36,782 bases of DNA, taken from positions 1 through 36,782 of the IMG/VR virus record IMGVR_UViG_3300020045_021065; one strand, 5' to 3'. Below, in pieces: positions 36,143-36,782 of the stretch (its first letter is position 1; each line of letters starts with the position of its first letter). Position numbers and translations under genes: made by a program. The stretch comes from a virus. Its lineage: Duplodnaviria; Caudoviricetes. The notes below the pieces were generated by a model that saw only the letters and a program-made list of their open reading frames with translations, ran no database searches and was not told the origin of the DNA.

Positions 36143-36392
36143 GGTGTACCTCCCCTTCGAAAACCACGGCCTTGCCGGAAACCACGGCATCGCCGTAAAC
36201 CTCGGCCCCTTCGGAAACCCAGGCCTCGCCGCAAACCCTGGCCATGTCGCAAACCACGGCCCTGCCGGAAACCCTGGCCTCGTCGTAAACAAAACAATTA
36301 TTTTCTTGGGACAGGTTTTTTTCACCTTCTATCCAGCCTCCGGTTTGCTTGTCGGATAGTCTGCGTATTCTCTCTCTAAAATTTTCCGCAGA
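36117..36392 (-). pseudogene. Start-less hexapeptide-repeat (left-handed beta-helix, VYGDA-type) phage protein reading frame
   Basis: Open frame reads RIRRLSDKQTGGWIEGEKNLSQENNCFVYDEARVSGRAVVCDMARVCGEAWVSEGAEVYGDAVVSGKAVVFEG; GGWIE.EKNLSQE..C.VY is the hallmark of this phage family; no start codon upstream of the domain. Confidence 0.75.
36153..36290. repeat. 18-nt degenerate tandem repeat (~7.5 copies) encoding hexapeptide repeats
   Basis: Units such as cggaaaccacggcatcgc, cgtaaacctcggcccctt, cgcaaaccctggccatgt. Confidence 0.9.
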
Positions 36393-36535
36393 CTAAACAT
36401 ATCAACAAGCTCATGATCAAAAATAAATTCCAAAATTTGATTTGGCGTGTGCCCCAGCAATCCCTCAAATTTTAATATTTTTTTTAAAACTTGCTGATCG
36501 ATACAGACACGTTTCCATTTTTTTTGTTTCGTCAT
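36329..36535 (-). CDS. Small putative DNA-binding protein, paralog 2
   Basis: Near-identical to 31730..31927; AGGGGT RBS. Confidence 0.7.
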   Translation of the reverse strand: MTKQKKWKRVCIDQQVLKKILKFEGLLGHTPNQILEFIFDHELVDMFSLRKILEREYADYPTSKPEAG

Positions 36536-36550
36536 ATAGTACCCCTTTTT

Positions 36551-36775
36551 TTAAAAAAATATTGCCCGAAAAGAAATTACAATTAAGTACAAAGATAAAA
36601 GGCCAAAAAGGGCCCAAAGGGCCCCTGCGATAGAACTAAGCTCTTCCTCAATCCTCTCTAACTGGAGATAGTAATCTTCGCCATACTCTATTCCTACGAA
36701 TGTAGCATTTTTCTTCGGCCCGTGGGCAAGCTTAATTAGCCTCTCTTTTAAGTCTTTTTCGTCTTCTTCAGTCAT
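36551..36775 (-). CDS. Small protein with C-terminal TM helix
   Basis: Charged N-half then IAGALWALFGLLSLYLIVISF; GGGGG RBS-like run at window edge. Confidence 0.55.
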   Translation of the reverse strand: MTEEDEKDLKERLIKLAHGPKKNATFVGIEYGEDYYLQLERIEEELSSIAGALWALFGLLSLYLIVISFRAIFF

Positions 36776-36782
36776 CGCCCCC

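Larger units (their letters stand above)
1..36782. mobile_element. Tailed dsDNA bacteriophage genome (podovirus-like, possibly temperate or plasmid-like)
   Basis: Contiguous terminase-portal-scaffold-capsid-adaptor-nozzle-ejection genes, no tape measure or sheath gene recognised; lysis, replication and recombination modules present; no host housekeeping genes; no att site or terminal repeat seen. Confidence 0.95.

Noticed and set aside
36153-36290. 18-nt repeats as a CRISPR array or DGR region
   Set aside because: No spacers, degenerate units with codon periodicity encoding hexapeptide repeats; no cas or reverse transcriptase gene in the window
35849-36379. Track ORFs 35849..36379(+), 36066..36359(+) and the N-terminal extension of 35927..36325(-)
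   Set aside because: Shadow frames of the hexapeptide repeat; the family-like reading is the 36392-36117 minus frame
31753-36535. Paralog pair as DGR template/variable repeats
   Set aside because: Differences are mostly synonymous, not adenine-specific, and no RT is present
1-36782. tRNA/rRNA genes, terminal repeats, att sites
   Set aside because: None recognised by eye; the window ends do not overlap, so completeness cannot be established

Overview
The window is most or all of a ~37 kb tailed dsDNA phage (podovirus-like). Gene order on + is terminase, P22-like large portal, scaffold, major capsid, adaptor, small fibre/decoration genes, nozzle, then ejection proteins (0.4-17.8 kb). A lysis module follows at 24.2-25.2 kb. 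Next come divergent replication (initiator C-terminal domain, helicase-like ATPase, SSB) and recombination (RecE-like exonuclease, putative SSAP) modules, and a variable accessory arm with ParB-like, XRE, short tyrosine recombinase and lipoprotein genes. The standout is a ~6.3 kb cassette between the virion and lysis genes. It encodes a nonulosonic (sialic/legionaminic-type) acid pathway (NeuC, NeuB, NeuA), a Maf/DUF115-type protein O-glycosyltransferase, a SAM methyltransferase and a 2-hydroxyacid dehydrogenase. The outer virion proteins look rich in SA/AS/TSA/SAT patches, suggesting the phage decorates its own particle with a sialic-acid-like sugar. Also notable are a Reb (R-body)-like gene, a metzincin-motif protease, a duplicated small gene whose two copies each run into start-less out-of-frame ORFs, and several structured intergenic elements. 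All calls are from motif recognition by eye; no database searches or folding programs were run.
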